Source: Alphaproteobacteria bacterium (lineage in GTDB: Bacteria > Pseudomonadota > Alphaproteobacteria > Micropepsales > Micropepsaceae). Taken from it: a stretch of 64,000 nt of DNA. The notes beneath the pieces are model-generated. The model was not told the origin of the DNA, did no database searches, and saw only the letters and a list, made by a program, of their open reading frames with translations. The first letter of the stretch is position 1; each line of letters begins with the position of its first letter. Below are positions 54,862-64,000 of the stretch, in pieces. Made by a program: the position numbers and the translations under genes. The DNA is taken from assembly GCA_013389115.1 (NCBI GenBank), contig JACADY010000066.1, positions 17,775 to 81,774 of the forward strand, written 5' to 3'.

Positions 54862-55473
54862 TCAGACGCTCGCGCTCGGGCGTGCCTTGACGCGCTCGAT
54901 CCACGCCTTGATCCACATCGCCTCTGGGTTGATCTGCTGGCCGACGACCTGGCCGAAATTCAAGAAGCAGTAGAGCAGGATGTCGGCATAGGTGAAGCGA
55001 TTGCCGCAGATCCATTGGCGGCCTTGCATCATCTTGTCGAACCAAAGCTGCCGGTTTTGCGCAATGCGCTTGAGGCCCGCGGCGATCTCGGGCTCGACGG
55101 GGATACGGCCGGTAAAGATGGGCAGGCCTTCCGCATTCCTGAACCCGCCCGCCAACGGCTCGATGATGTTGAGATCCACGCGGCGCGCCCACATGCGGGT
55201 TTCCGCCCGCTCCTTCGGCGTCGTGCCAATGAGCGGCGGATTGGGATGCAGCTCCTCCACATACTCGCAGATGGCCGTGATCTCGGAAATGAAGGTGCCG
55301 TCGTCGAGCTCCAGCGCGGGCAATTGCCCGGCGGGATTACGCGCAAGGTGCGTCGCCTCGCGGTTCTCGCCCTTCATCAGATCAACCGGCACTTTGGGGA
55401 TTTCGATGCCTTTTTCGGCGAGGAACATCCGCACGGCATGCGGATTGGGCCCAATCGAATTATATAGCTTCAT
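54862..55473 (-). CDS. Glutathione S-transferase
   Basis: MKLYNSIGPNPHAVRMFLAEKGIEIP...GQLPALELDDGTFISEITAICEYVEE is a thioredoxin-like GST N-domain, followed by a helical C-domain. Confidence 0.85.
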   Translation of the reverse strand: MKLYNSIGPNPHAVRMFLAEKGIEIPKVPVDLMKGENREATHLARNPAGQLPALELDDGTFISEITAICEYVEELHPNPPLIGTTPKERAETRMWARRVDLNIIEPLAGGFRNAEGLPIFTGRIPVEPEIAAGLKRIAQNRQLWFDKMMQGRQWICGNRFTYADILLYCFLNFGQVVGQQINPEAMWIKAWIERVKARPSASV

Positions 55474-55572
55474 TGATGCGTCCTTCCCGAACATGGTTTT
55501 TGCGGGAGGAAGCCTCGCCTGCCTTCAGGCTTTTCGCAAGGCAGCGATTGACCACGAAAAAGGATCGGCACG

Positions 55573-56508
55573 ATGGCAACGCCCCTGCCCTTCAACCGGG
55601 ATCTGACCTTTACCTATGGTGAAGCGGACAGGCTTTCCCCGCTCGTGCGGCGGGTGATCGCGCGCAACCCCTCACCCTTCACCTTTCACGGTACAGGCAC
55701 CTATATCATCGGGCACGGACGCGTCGGCGTCATCGATCCTGGGCCGCTCGATGCGGCGCATGTCGATGCGATCCTCAACGCGACGCGGGGCGAGACGATC
55801 ACGCATCTCCTCATCACGCATACGCATAACGACCATTCCCCGGCCGCCGCGCCGCTCAAGGCCCGCACCGGCGCGCTCACCTATGCCTATGGTCCGCATG
55901 GCTCGCTCCTGCCCGATGACGGCATCAAGACGGAAGAGGACGGGGATGGCGGGTTCATGCCCGACCATGCGGTCCGCCACGGCATGCGCATCGCAGGCGA
56001 GGGATGGACCGTGCAATGCATATTCACGCCCGGGCATACCTCCAATCACATGAGCTATGCGCTTCTTGAGGAGAACGCGGTGTTCCCCGGCGATCATGTG
56101 ATGGGCTGGTCGACGACCGTCGTCTCACCGCCCGATGGCGACATGAGTGACTATATGAACAGTCTTGCCCATCTCGCCTCGCGCAATGACAGCGTCTATT
56201 ACCCCACACATGGCGCGCCGATCGGCGGTCCCAACGACACGTTCAAGCGCAATCCGCAGGAATTCGTCCGTGGGCTGATTGCCCACCGGCTCGACCGGGA
56301 GGCGCAGATCGGCGCGTGCCTTTCGCGCGGGGTCGGGCGCATCCCCGACATGGTGAAGGAGATCTATGCGGCGGTCGATCCGCGCCTTCACCCCGCCGCG
56401 GCGCTGTCGGTGCATGCCCATCTCATCCGCATGGTCAAGGATGGGCGCGCAAGGACGCCGGGCGAGGCCGTGCTCAGCGCGATTTACGGACCTGGCACGA
56501 CGCGCTGA
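55573..56508 (+). CDS. MBL-fold metallo-hydrolase
   Basis: HTHNDH motif and a downstream His/Asp (TPGHTSNH). 311 aa. Confidence 0.85.
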   Translation: MATPLPFNRDLTFTYGEADRLSPLVRRVIARNPSPFTFHGTGTYIIGHGRVGVIDPGPLDAAHVDAILNATRGETITHLLITHTHNDHSPAAAPLKARTGALTYAYGPHGSLLPDDGIKTEEDGDGGFMPDHAVRHGMRIAGEGWTVQCIFTPGHTSNHMSYALLEENAVFPGDHVMGWSTTVVSPPDGDMSDYMNSLAHLASRNDSVYYPTHGAPIGGPNDTFKRNPQEFVRGLIAHRLDREAQIGACLSRGVGRIPDMVKEIYAAVDPRLHPAAALSVHAHLIRMVKDGRARTPGEAVLSAIYGPGTTR

Positions 56509-56834
56509 GCAGAGGGGGTACCCGCTTCCTTCGGCATGAAGGGGATCATCGTCACGAGTCCTAATAGGCAGAGCACCAAGCCTAGCAGCGCAAGGAAGGT
56601 GCCCGGCACTTTGCGGTCAAGCAGCCGCCATGCGAGAAAGGTTGCAGCCGAAAAAAGTCCCGCCACGCAGATCGCCGCCCCGGCAAAGACAAGGCCAGGG
56701 ACGCTTTCCGGCTTCAAATAGGCCCATGCATCGCCCATCACAGCTAGGACGATCAGCAGAAATCCAAAGATGCCGGCTGCAAGCGCTGTATGCGCCGTAG
56801 CCCTCGCAAATTGCCGCGCGCCCGGCCCCTTCAC
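56484..56834 (-). CDS. Small integral membrane protein
   Basis: 116 aa with 3-4 hydrophobic segments. 4-nt overlap with the upstream ligase gene. Confidence 0.55.
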   Translation of the reverse strand: MKGPGARQFARATAHTALAAGIFGFLLIVLAVMGDAWAYLKPESVPGLVFAGAAICVAGLFSAATFLAWRLLDRKVPGTFLALLGLVLCLLGLVTMIPFMPKEAGTPSAQRVVPGP

Positions 56835-58465
56835 GCGGCCGCGCTGGGCAGGCGGTAGGACTTGAACTTTTCGCGCAGTTCCATCTTCTGAATCTTTCCC
56901 GTTGCGGTGTGCGGGATCTCATCGAGGAACACGACATCATCGGGCATCCACCATTTGGCGATCTTGCCGTCGAGATAGGTGAGGATCTCCTCCCGCGTCG
57001 CCGCCATGCCCTTCTTCAGTACACAGATGAGCAGCGGGCGCTCATCCCATTTGGGATGGGCAACACCGATCACCGCCGCCTCGGCAACCGCCGGGTGGCC
57101 GACCGCGATGTTCTCGATCTCGATCGAGGAGATCCACTCGCCGCCCGATTTGATCACATCCTTCGCCCGGTCGGTGATCTGCATGAAACCGTCGGGATCG
57201 ATGGTGGCGACATCGCCCGTATCGAAAAAGCCATCGGCATCGAGCACATTGCCGCCCTCACCCTTCAGGTAACCGCTCGCGATCGCAGGCCCGCGCACCT
57301 TGAGGCGGCCAAAGGCCTTGCCGTCACGCGGCAGTTCACGACCCGCATCATCGGTGATCTTCATCTCGACCGTGAACATCGGCCGGCCCTGTTTCAGCTT
57401 GACCTTGAGGAGCTCCTCATAAGGCCATGCGGCCATTTCCGGCTTCATCATCGCCAGCGTGCCGATGGGCGACAATTCCGTCATGCCCCAGGCATGCATC
57501 ACCTCGACGCCGTAGTTGCGCTCGAATTTCTCGATGATCGCCTGCGGACAGGCCGAGCCGCCGATGGCGACGCGCTTCAGTGTCGAGAGCTTCGCGCCCG
57601 TCTGCTCCAGGTGCTGAAGCAGCATCAGCCAGACGGTCGGCACCGCGGCGCTGAACGTCACCTTCTCGGTCTCGAGCAACTCAAAGACCGAGGCGCCGTC
57701 GAGCCGCATGCCCGGCATCACCAGCGAGGCGCCGACCTGCAGCGCGGAGAAGGCGATCGACCAGGCATTCGCATGGAACATCGGCACGATGGGCAGGATC
57801 ACATCGGAGTTCTTAAGGCCAAGGCCGTCGCCTGCGTTCACGGCAAGCGCGTGCAGGACGTTCGAGCGGTGCGAATAAAGCACGCCCTTGGGATTGCCCG
57901 TCGTGCCGCTCGTGTAGCAAAGCCCGCAGGCGGTGTTTTCATCGAGGCGCGGCCAAACGTAGTCGGCATCGGCGGCGGCAATGAAATCCTCATAGGCGAT
58001 GGCGCCCTTGAGGGTGGTCTTGGGCATGTGGCCTGCGTCGGTCAGAATGACGTAGCGCTCAATCGTCTTCAGTTCGCCCGCCAGCTTTTCCAGGAGCGGC
58101 ACGAAGGTGAGGTCGGTGAAGAGGATCCGGTCCTCGGCGTGGTTGGCGATATAGGCGATCTGACTGGGGAAGAGGCGCGGGTTGATCGTGTGGTAGACGG
58201 CGCCCATGCCGGCGATGCCGTACCAGGCCTCAAGGTGGCGCCAGGTGTTCCAGGCGAGCGTTCCGACACGGTCGCCCTGCTTGATCCCATGCGCGAGCAG
58301 TGCCTTGGCGACGCGCTTCGCGCGAAACTCGACCTCGCGATAGGTGATGCGGTGCATCGGCCCCTCGATCGAGCGCGTCACGACCTGCTGGTCGCCATAG
58401 TAACGCCCGCAATGCTCCATGATCTTGGAGACAAGCAACGGCCAATCCTGCATCAGTCCCTGCAT
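56831..58465 (-). CDS. Long-chain fatty-acid-CoA ligase (AMP-dependent synthetase)
   Basis: 544 aa with [12 protein letters not shown], ...GWGMTE..., C-terminal TATGKIQK. Confidence 0.9.
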   Translation of the reverse strand: MQGLMQDWPLLVSKIMEHCGRYYGDQQVVTRSIEGPMHRITYREVEFRAKRVAKALLAHGIKQGDRVGTLAWNTWRHLEAWYGIAGMGAVYHTINPRLFPSQIAYIANHAEDRILFTDLTFVPLLEKLAGELKTIERYVILTDAGHMPKTTLKGAIAYEDFIAAADADYVWPRLDENTACGLCYTSGTTGNPKGVLYSHRSNVLHALAVNAGDGLGLKNSDVILPIVPMFHANAWSIAFSALQVGASLVMPGMRLDGASVFELLETEKVTFSAAVPTVWLMLLQHLEQTGAKLSTLKRVAIGGSACPQAIIEKFERNYGVEVMHAWGMTELSPIGTLAMMKPEMAAWPYEELLKVKLKQGRPMFTVEMKITDDAGRELPRDGKAFGRLKVRGPAIASGYLKGEGGNVLDADGFFDTGDVATIDPDGFMQITDRAKDVIKSGGEWISSIEIENIAVGHPAVAEAAVIGVAHPKWDERPLLICVLKKGMAATREEILTYLDGKIAKWWMPDDVVFLDEIPHTATGKIQKMELREKFKSYRLPSAAA

Positions 58466-58516
58466 GGTCTATGCCCTCCCAGGCTCATTTCCCCAGCCGA
58501 TTATCTTGGCGCCAAT

Positions 58517-60073
58517 CTAGGGAGCGGGCGGCCGAGCGGCAATGGTTTTAAGGCTAGCAAAGGCTTCCGCCGCCGTTTGCGCGGGCGTTTGGCTCGCATC
58601 GATGATTGTCCAGGCGGGGGAACGCGGCGGCTCGGCAAAGCCGAGCTGGCGGGCGAGAACCTCGCGCGTTGCGTCTGACGCATCGCCCGTGCGCGCATCG
58701 ACGCGCCTTCCCAGCACGTCGGGCGGGGCCTCAAGCCAGAGGGCGAGCAGCGGCACGCCCATGCCTGCCGCCAAATCCACGATTTCCTGCCGCTCATGCT
58801 CATGGGCCATGACGGCGTCGATGATGACCGCGTGCCCGGCCTTCAGGGCCTTTGCGGCATCGGCGCGGATCCCCTCATAGACCTCGTCCGTGACCGCCGG
58901 CGCATAGGCGCTCTCGGGCAGGCGATCGAGGGGCGAGAGGCCGAAGCGGCGCTTGCGGCGCTCATCGCTGCGCAGCACCAGGGCGCCGGGGGCGGCCCCC
59001 AGCTCTGGCGCAAGCGTGCGGGCGAGGGTTGATTTTCCGCATCCGGACAATCCCGATACGGCCGCAAGGATCGGCTCTCTCGGGCGAAGAAAGGCGCGGG
59101 CGAGCGAGAGATAGTCCTCAGCCAGCGCGGCATGGCCCTGGCGCGCATTCACATGGGCGCGCACCCCGGCCCGCAAAGACAGAAACAGCGGCATGGCCTT
59201 AAGGCCATCGAGCGCGGCCGCGCGCTCCTCAGGCACCCCCATCGTCAGATATCGGTTGAAGAGGCGGTTCGCGGCCAGCCGCTCCTTCCGGTGCCACAGA
59301 TCCATCAGCAGGAAAGCCAGATCGTAGAAGATGTCGATCCGGGCGAAGGCGTCGTTGAATTCGATGCCATCGAAGGCAACCGGATGTCCGCCGATGAGCG
59401 CGATGTTGCCGAGGTGCAGATCGCCGTGGCAGTGCCGCACATAGCCCGCTTCCCGGCGCGCTTCGAGGAGCGGCGCCACGCGGGCCAGGCAGCGGCCTCC
59501 CTCAGCCTCGAGGGCGGCAGGTCCCTCCTCGCCGCCAAAGCTTGCAGCAAAGAGGCGGTGCTGGCCCGCGTTGATGGTGAGGGCTTCCTTGATCCTTGCC
59601 GCGCCGCCGAACGTCCTGTCGGGGGCCGCGTTCGCATGGAATCCGGCCAGGTGATCGGCGAGTTCATCGATGATCGCGTCTGTCAGCGCGCCGCGCGCGG
59701 CAACACGATCCAGCAAATCGTCTTGCGCGAAGCGGCGCATGACGATCACGTATTCGACGGGCTCACCAGTCCCATCGAGGGCCAGGTCGCCAGACGCCTC
59801 GCGCGTGATGACCGCCAAGCGCTCATAGAGGGCGGGCGCCGTTCGCCGGTTGAGCGCGATCTCCGCGGCGCAGCACAGCCGTCGCCGTTCGAGCGTCGAG
59901 AAATCAAGATAGCCATAGTCGACAGCCTTCTTGATCTTGTAGGCGCGCTCGCCGCTCAGAAACACGATGGCGGCATGGGTCTCGATGCGCGTGATGGGCG
60001 CCACCAAAGCGCCGCCCCCGCCCGCGGCGAGAAATTCGGCGGCTTCGCCCGCTTCCGGCATCGGGGGCCCCAC
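58517..60073 (-). CDS. Bifunctional aminoglycoside-phosphotransferase-like kinase / P-loop (AAA) ATP-binding protein
   Basis: N-terminal APH-like region (HCHGDLHLGNI) and C-terminal P-loop GLSGCGKSTLAR. Start is GTG 60073 or ATG 60061. Confidence 0.8.
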   Translation of the reverse strand: MGPPMPEAGEAAEFLAAGGGGALVAPITRIETHAAIVFLSGERAYKIKKAVDYGYLDFSTLERRRLCCAAEIALNRRTAPALYERLAVITREASGDLALDGTGEPVEYVIVMRRFAQDDLLDRVAARGALTDAIIDELADHLAGFHANAAPDRTFGGAARIKEALTINAGQHRLFAASFGGEEGPAALEAEGGRCLARVAPLLEARREAGYVRHCHGDLHLGNIALIGGHPVAFDGIEFNDAFARIDIFYDLAFLLMDLWHRKERLAANRLFNRYLTMGVPEERAAALDGLKAMPLFLSLRAGVRAHVNARQGHAALAEDYLSLARAFLRPREPILAAVSGLSGCGKSTLARTLAPELGAAPGALVLRSDERRKRRFGLSPLDRLPESAYAPAVTDEVYEGIRADAAKALKAGHAVIIDAVMAHEHERQEIVDLAAGMGVPLLALWLEAPPDVLGRRVDARTGDASDATREVLARQLGFAEPPRSPAWTIIDASQTPAQTAAEAFASLKTIAARPPAP

Positions 60074-60076
60074 GTA

Positions 60077-61009
60077 TCAGGCGCGAGCGAGGGCCGACAC
60101 GCGCTCAGGATAGCCGGCCGGGTCCTGATGGATCGTCACATCCGCATCGGGATAGAGAAGCTTCACGCGGTCTTCCACTTCGTCGGAAATGCGGTGCGCG
60201 CGCGACAAGGGCATGTTGCCGTCAAGTTCAACATGGAACTGGATGAAGATATCGGAGCCCGCGCGCCGCGTCCGCAGATCGTGCATCTGGCGCACGTCGG
60301 GATGGGCAAGGACGGCGGCCTTGATGCGCTCGCGCTCGCCATCTTCGAATTCGCGGTCCATGAGCTGGTCATAGGAGCCGCGGAAGATCTCCCATGCGCC
60401 ATAGGCAATGAGGCCGGCAATGATGATGCCGCCAAGGGCATCCGCGTTCGCCCAGCCAAAGATGCCTGATAGCACGAGCGCGAGGATGACGATCGCGTTC
60501 ATGGCGAGGTCCCCCGCATAGTGGAGGTGATCGGCCGCGACGGCGATCGATCCCGTCTTTGCGATCACGTGCCGCTGAAAGAGGACGAGGGCCAAGGTGA
60601 GCGCCAGCGACACGCCGATCACCCATAGCGCCATCGATGAATGAGCGATGGTGACGGGCGCAATCAGGCGGCCGATCGATTCAAGCAGCAGAAAGGTCGC
60701 TGATCCCGCGATCACGGCGGCCTGACCCAGGCCCGCGATCGGCTCCGCCTTGCCGTGGCCGAAGCGATGCTCATGATCGGCGGGCGCGATGGCCTGGCGA
60801 ATGGCAAGAAGGTTGATGCCCGAAGCGACGAGGTCGAGCGCTGAATCAAGCAGCGAGCCCAGCATCGCGACCGAGCCCGTCAGTGCCCACGCGCCCAGCT
60901 TCATCACGATGAGGATGAGCGCAACGCCGACCGCCGCCAGACCCGCATAGGTCTTCAGGTGGTTCGCCCTTGCCGCAGTCGTCGCCTGAAGTCCTTCCTG
61001 CGCGGTCAC
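60077..61009 (-). CDS. Cation diffusion facilitator (CDF) family transporter
   Basis: Six TM segments with DSALDLVAS and HYAGDLAMN metal-site motifs, plus a cytoplasmic C-domain. GTG start overlaps the pdxH stop. Confidence 0.88.
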   Translation of the reverse strand: MTAQEGLQATTAARANHLKTYAGLAAVGVALILIVMKLGAWALTGSVAMLGSLLDSALDLVASGINLLAIRQAIAPADHEHRFGHGKAEPIAGLGQAAVIAGSATFLLLESIGRLIAPVTIAHSSMALWVIGVSLALTLALVLFQRHVIAKTGSIAVAADHLHYAGDLAMNAIVILALVLSGIFGWANADALGGIIIAGLIAYGAWEIFRGSYDQLMDREFEDGERERIKAAVLAHPDVRQMHDLRTRRAGSDIFIQFHVELDGNMPLSRAHRISDEVEDRVKLLYPDADVTIHQDPAGYPERVSALARA

Positions 61010-61635
61010 GGGAACAGCCTTTCGGTGTTCCAGGGCTCTCCGGGCCGCGCGCGGCGGTGGAGGATCCGCTCATGCAGGCGGAAGGGCCTATCGCGCCAGA
61101 ACTCGATCTCGCTGGGCGTGAGGCGGAAGCCCGACCAGTAAGGCGGGCGGGGCACCGTGAGCAGGCCATAGCGCGCGGCATATTTGGCGACTTCCGTCTC
61201 AAGCTCGAAGCGGCCCTTCATCGGACGGGACTGGCGCGAGGCCCAGGCGCCGATCTGGCTGTCCTTGGGACGGGAAGCAAAATAGGCGTCGGCCTCGCCT
61301 TGCGTCACTTGCGCAATGGTGCCGCGCACGCGCACCTGCCGGCGCAACGATTTCCAGTGAAAGCAGAGGGCGGCCTTGGGGTGCGCGAGGAGCTCGCGGC
61401 CCTTGGCGCTCTCGAAATTGGTGAAAAAGACAAAGCCGTCAGGTCCGTGCCCCTTCAAGAGCACCATGCGCACATTGGGAAGGCCATCGGGATCAACGGT
61501 CGCAAGCGCCATGGCATTGGCATCGTTGGGCTCGCTGCGGGACGCCTCGGCCAGCCACTCGGCAAAGCGCGCAAAGGGGTCGGGGCCCAATTCAAGGGCT
61601 TCCTCGCCCGGATTTCCTGAAGCGTTAACCGACAA
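61006..61635 (-). CDS. pdxH: Pyridoxamine 5'-phosphate oxidase
   Basis: ...[27 protein letters not shown]...[10 protein letters not shown]...[15 protein letters not shown]...W..ERLFP is canonical PdxH. Confidence 0.92.
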   Translation of the reverse strand: MSVNASGNPGEEALELGPDPFARFAEWLAEASRSEPNDANAMALATVDPDGLPNVRMVLLKGHGPDGFVFFTNFESAKGRELLAHPKAALCFHWKSLRRQVRVRGTIAQVTQGEADAYFASRPKDSQIGAWASRQSRPMKGRFELETEVAKYAARYGLLTVPRPPYWSGFRLTPSEIEFWRDRPFRLHERILHRRARPGEPWNTERLFP

Positions 61636-61822
61636 GAGCGTGCTCTCCTGGGAACATGGGGGGGAAATATAGGTGCTGCAGGTGCGAAAGTCGCTTGAGA
61701 ACCCCTCTCAATGCCGCCTCAAGCCTTCGTCATGCATTGCGTCTTTAAGGTCTTCACCTACATAGTGTCCTGCTGGCAAGGCCCCTTGATCCCTGCCTGC
61801 TTTGTCCCGGTTTCGAGCACAG

Positions 61823-62749
61823 ATGAACGATCCCTACTCCATTCTTGGCGTTTCGCGCGGCGCGAGCGAGGCGGATATCAAGAAGGCATTCCGGACGCTC
61901 GCCAAGAAACATCATCCCGACGCCACCGGCAAAAAAGACGCGGCGTCGATGAAGCGCTTTCAGGAGATCACGGCGGCCTATGAGCTGCTTTCCGATTCGC
62001 AAAAGCGGGCCCAGTTCGACCGCGGCGAAATCGATGCCAATGGCCAGCCACGCGGATTTGGCGGGTTCGAGGGCGCTGGCCCCTTCCAGCAGCGCGAACA
62101 TGGCTGGGGCTTTGGCGCGGCAAAGGAAGAGGACCGCTCGCGCTTTGAGGATCTGTTCGGCGACATTTTCGGCGGTGCCTTTCGCAAGCAGCAAAAGGCA
62201 CGGACCACGGGCGCGAAGGGCGCCGATATCAGCTACACCGTCACCATCACCTTTGAGGAAGCGGCGCTGGGGGGCACCAAGCGGGTGACCATGCCCGACG
62301 GCAAACGGCTCGATGTCAAGATTCCAGCCGGCGTGCGCGAGGGCCAGCAGATCCGCCTCAAAGGGCTCGGCGAGCCAGGCCAAGGCGGGGAAGCGGGTGA
62401 TGCGCTTATCGAGGTCGCCATCAGCCCTCATGCCCATTTCCGGCGGGAGGGACGCGACATTCATCTCGATGTGCCTATTTCGCTTGGCGAAGCGGTGCTC
62501 GGCGGCAAGGTCGAGGTGCCGACGCTCACCGGCCCCGTTGCCATGACGATCCCACCCAATACAAGCTCGGGCGCCATTTTCCGCCTCAAGGGCAAGGGTG
62601 TCGCGGCCGCCGGCGGCGAAGCGGCGGGCGATCAGTACGTCAAGGTGCTCATCGTGCTGCCCGAGGGGGGCGATCCCAACCTCACCGCCTTCATCAAACG
62701 GGCAAGCTCGCCCGGATTTGATCCGAGGGCGAAGTTCAAGAAGGGCTGA
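61823..62749 (+). CDS. DnaJ-class co-chaperone lacking the zinc finger (CbpA-like)
   Basis: J-domain DPYSILGVSRGASEADIKKAFRTLAKKHHPD, G/F region, DnaJ C-terminal domains. No CxxCxGxG repeats. Confidence 0.85.
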   Translation: MNDPYSILGVSRGASEADIKKAFRTLAKKHHPDATGKKDAASMKRFQEITAAYELLSDSQKRAQFDRGEIDANGQPRGFGGFEGAGPFQQREHGWGFGAAKEEDRSRFEDLFGDIFGGAFRKQQKARTTGAKGADISYTVTITFEEAALGGTKRVTMPDGKRLDVKIPAGVREGQQIRLKGLGEPGQGGEAGDALIEVAISPHAHFRREGRDIHLDVPISLGEAVLGGKVEVPTLTGPVAMTIPPNTSSGAIFRLKGKGVAAAGGEAAGDQYVKVLIVLPEGGDPNLTAFIKRASSPGFDPRAKFKKG

Positions 62750-62842
62750 GGCCCTTTGCGCAGGCGTTTGGGCCTGTCAAATTGACCGGGTCGGCCGAAC
62801 GTGTAGGATGCGCGGCCCTTTTTGCGGCAGGTCGAGGAAGAT

Positions 62843-63691
62843 ATGAGCGATTCCAGCAAGTTAATGGCGGGCAAGCGCGGCCTCATCATGGGGGTTGCGA
62901 ATGACCGCTCGATCGCCTGGGGCATCGCGAAGGCCGTGCATGGGCAAGGCGCGGAACTCGCCTTCACCTATCAGGGCGATGCGCTAAAAAAGCGCGTGCT
63001 GCCGCTTGCCGAATCGCTCGGCTCAAAGCTCGTGCTGCCTTGCGATGTCACCGACGCGGCCAGCATGGATGCCGTCTTCGCCGCCCTTGCCATGAGCTGG
63101 GGAACACTCGATTTCGTCGTGCATGCGATCGCGTTTTCCGACAAGGAACAGCTCAAGGGGCGCTATGTCGACACGACGCTCGACAATTTCGCGCTCAGCA
63201 TGAACATCTCCTGCTTCTCCTTCACCGCGATCGCGCAGCGGGCGGAAAAGTTGATGCCGAAGGGCGGCGCGCTGCTCACCCTTTCCTATTTCGGCGCTGA
63301 AAAGGTCATGCCCCATTACAACGTCATGGGCGTCGCCAAGGCGGCGCTCGAGGCTAGCGTGCGCTATCTCGCCGAGGACCTTGGAAAACAGGGCATCCGC
63401 GTCAACGCGATCTCGGCTGGACCCATCAAGACACTCGCGGCCTCGGGCATTGGCGATTTCCGCTTCATTCTCAAGTGGAACGAACTGAACGCGCCGTTGC
63501 GCCGCAACGTCACGATCGATGAGGTCGGCAATTCGGGGCTCTATCTGCTTTCTGATCTCGGGCGCGCGGTGACGGGTGAGGTTCACCACGTGGACGCGGG
63601 CTATCACCTTGTCGGGCTCGCGGCGGTCGACAAGGCGGGCGAGACGGCGCAATTGCTCTCAACCCTCGCCGATGATGACACGGAGATGTAG
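62843..63691 (+). CDS. fabI: Enoyl-[acyl-carrier-protein] reductase (NADH)
   Basis: LIMGVANDRSIAWGIAK, catalytic YNVMGVAKAALE, ...NAISAGPIKTLA.... Confidence 0.92.
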   Translation: MSDSSKLMAGKRGLIMGVANDRSIAWGIAKAVHGQGAELAFTYQGDALKKRVLPLAESLGSKLVLPCDVTDAASMDAVFAALAMSWGTLDFVVHAIAFSDKEQLKGRYVDTTLDNFALSMNISCFSFTAIAQRAEKLMPKGGALLTLSYFGAEKVMPHYNVMGVAKAALEASVRYLAEDLGKQGIRVNAISAGPIKTLAASGIGDFRFILKWNELNAPLRRNVTIDEVGNSGLYLLSDLGRAVTGEVHHVDAGYHLVGLAAVDKAGETAQLLSTLADDDTEM

Positions 63692-63718
63692 GCGTCCTCT
63701 CGCGCCGCTCTCAGGCTC

Positions 63719-64000
63719 ATGTCCCATAACAGTTTCGGCCATCTTTTCCGCGTGACGACCTGGGGCGAAAGCCACGGGGCCGCGCTTGGCTGCACGATCG
63801 ATGGGTGTCCGCCCGGCCTTCCTTTGCGCGAGGCGGACATTCAGCCTTTCCTTGACCGGCGCGCGCCTGGAACCTCCAAATTCGTCACCCAGAGGCGCGA
63901 GCCGGACCACGTGCGCATCCTCTCCGGCGTGTTCGCCGATGAGCGCACCGAGGGCCAGCGCACGACGGGCACGCCCATCCAGCTCATGATCGAGAATGTC
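63719..64000 (+). CDS. aroC: Chorismate synthase (5' part; runs off the window)
   Basis: [36 protein letters not shown]... is the canonical AroC N-terminus. Absent from the track because no stop lies inside the window. Confidence 0.9.
   Translation, partial: MSHNSFGHLFRVTTWGESHGAALGCTIDGCPPGLPLREADIQPFLDRRAPGTSKFVTQRREPDHVRILSGVFADERTEGQRTTGTPIQLMIENV

Overview
High-GC alphaproteobacterial chromosomal window, Rhizobiales/Hyphomicrobiales-like judging from gene content and REP-type repeats. Positions 171-14378 (minus strand) hold a complete-looking RcGTA-type gene transfer agent (GTA) head-tail cluster, g1-like to g15-like, with no integrase, lysis or replication genes. Three things are unusual in it: the DUF2460 (g12-like) gene carries an in-frame TAG, a strong intrinsic terminator sits just after the capsid gene, and a block of REP-like hairpins lies between terminase and portal. 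The most interesting locus is about 15 kb away (29.5-31.9 kb). It is a translationally coupled pair, a 114-aa DnaA-domain-IV-only HTH protein plus a 265-aa DUF6456-like protein, that looks like a split GafA (GafY/GafZ-type GTA activator/antiterminator). The pair is divergent from an XRE + S24-like regulator that seems to lack the catalytic dyad, and it lies next to MucR/Ros, a ParA-like/RHH pair and a DUF2336 paralog. The rest is housekeeping or accessory metabolism: PBP1A, a DUF1214/DUF1254 pair, an NMT1-type ABC transporter, an ornithine-decarboxylase-like enzyme, prfC, a PleC/DivJ-like histidine kinase, a Na+/H+ antiporter-cNMP fusion, MFS, an acyl-CoA/ChaC/MaoC cluster, GH5, alkyl-sulfatase and divergent tRNA-Gln/tRNA-Pro. 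It continues with a diiron ferritin-like gene behind a perfect FNR/FixK box, a frameshifted acyl-CoA synthetase, LpxR-like, GST, MBL, fatty-acid-CoA ligase, a kinase/P-loop fusion, CDF, pdxH, cbpA-like, fabI and partial aroC. All product calls come from motif and synteny recognition by eye; no database search was possible. Most long track ORFs lying antisense to these genes are high-GC shadow ORFs.
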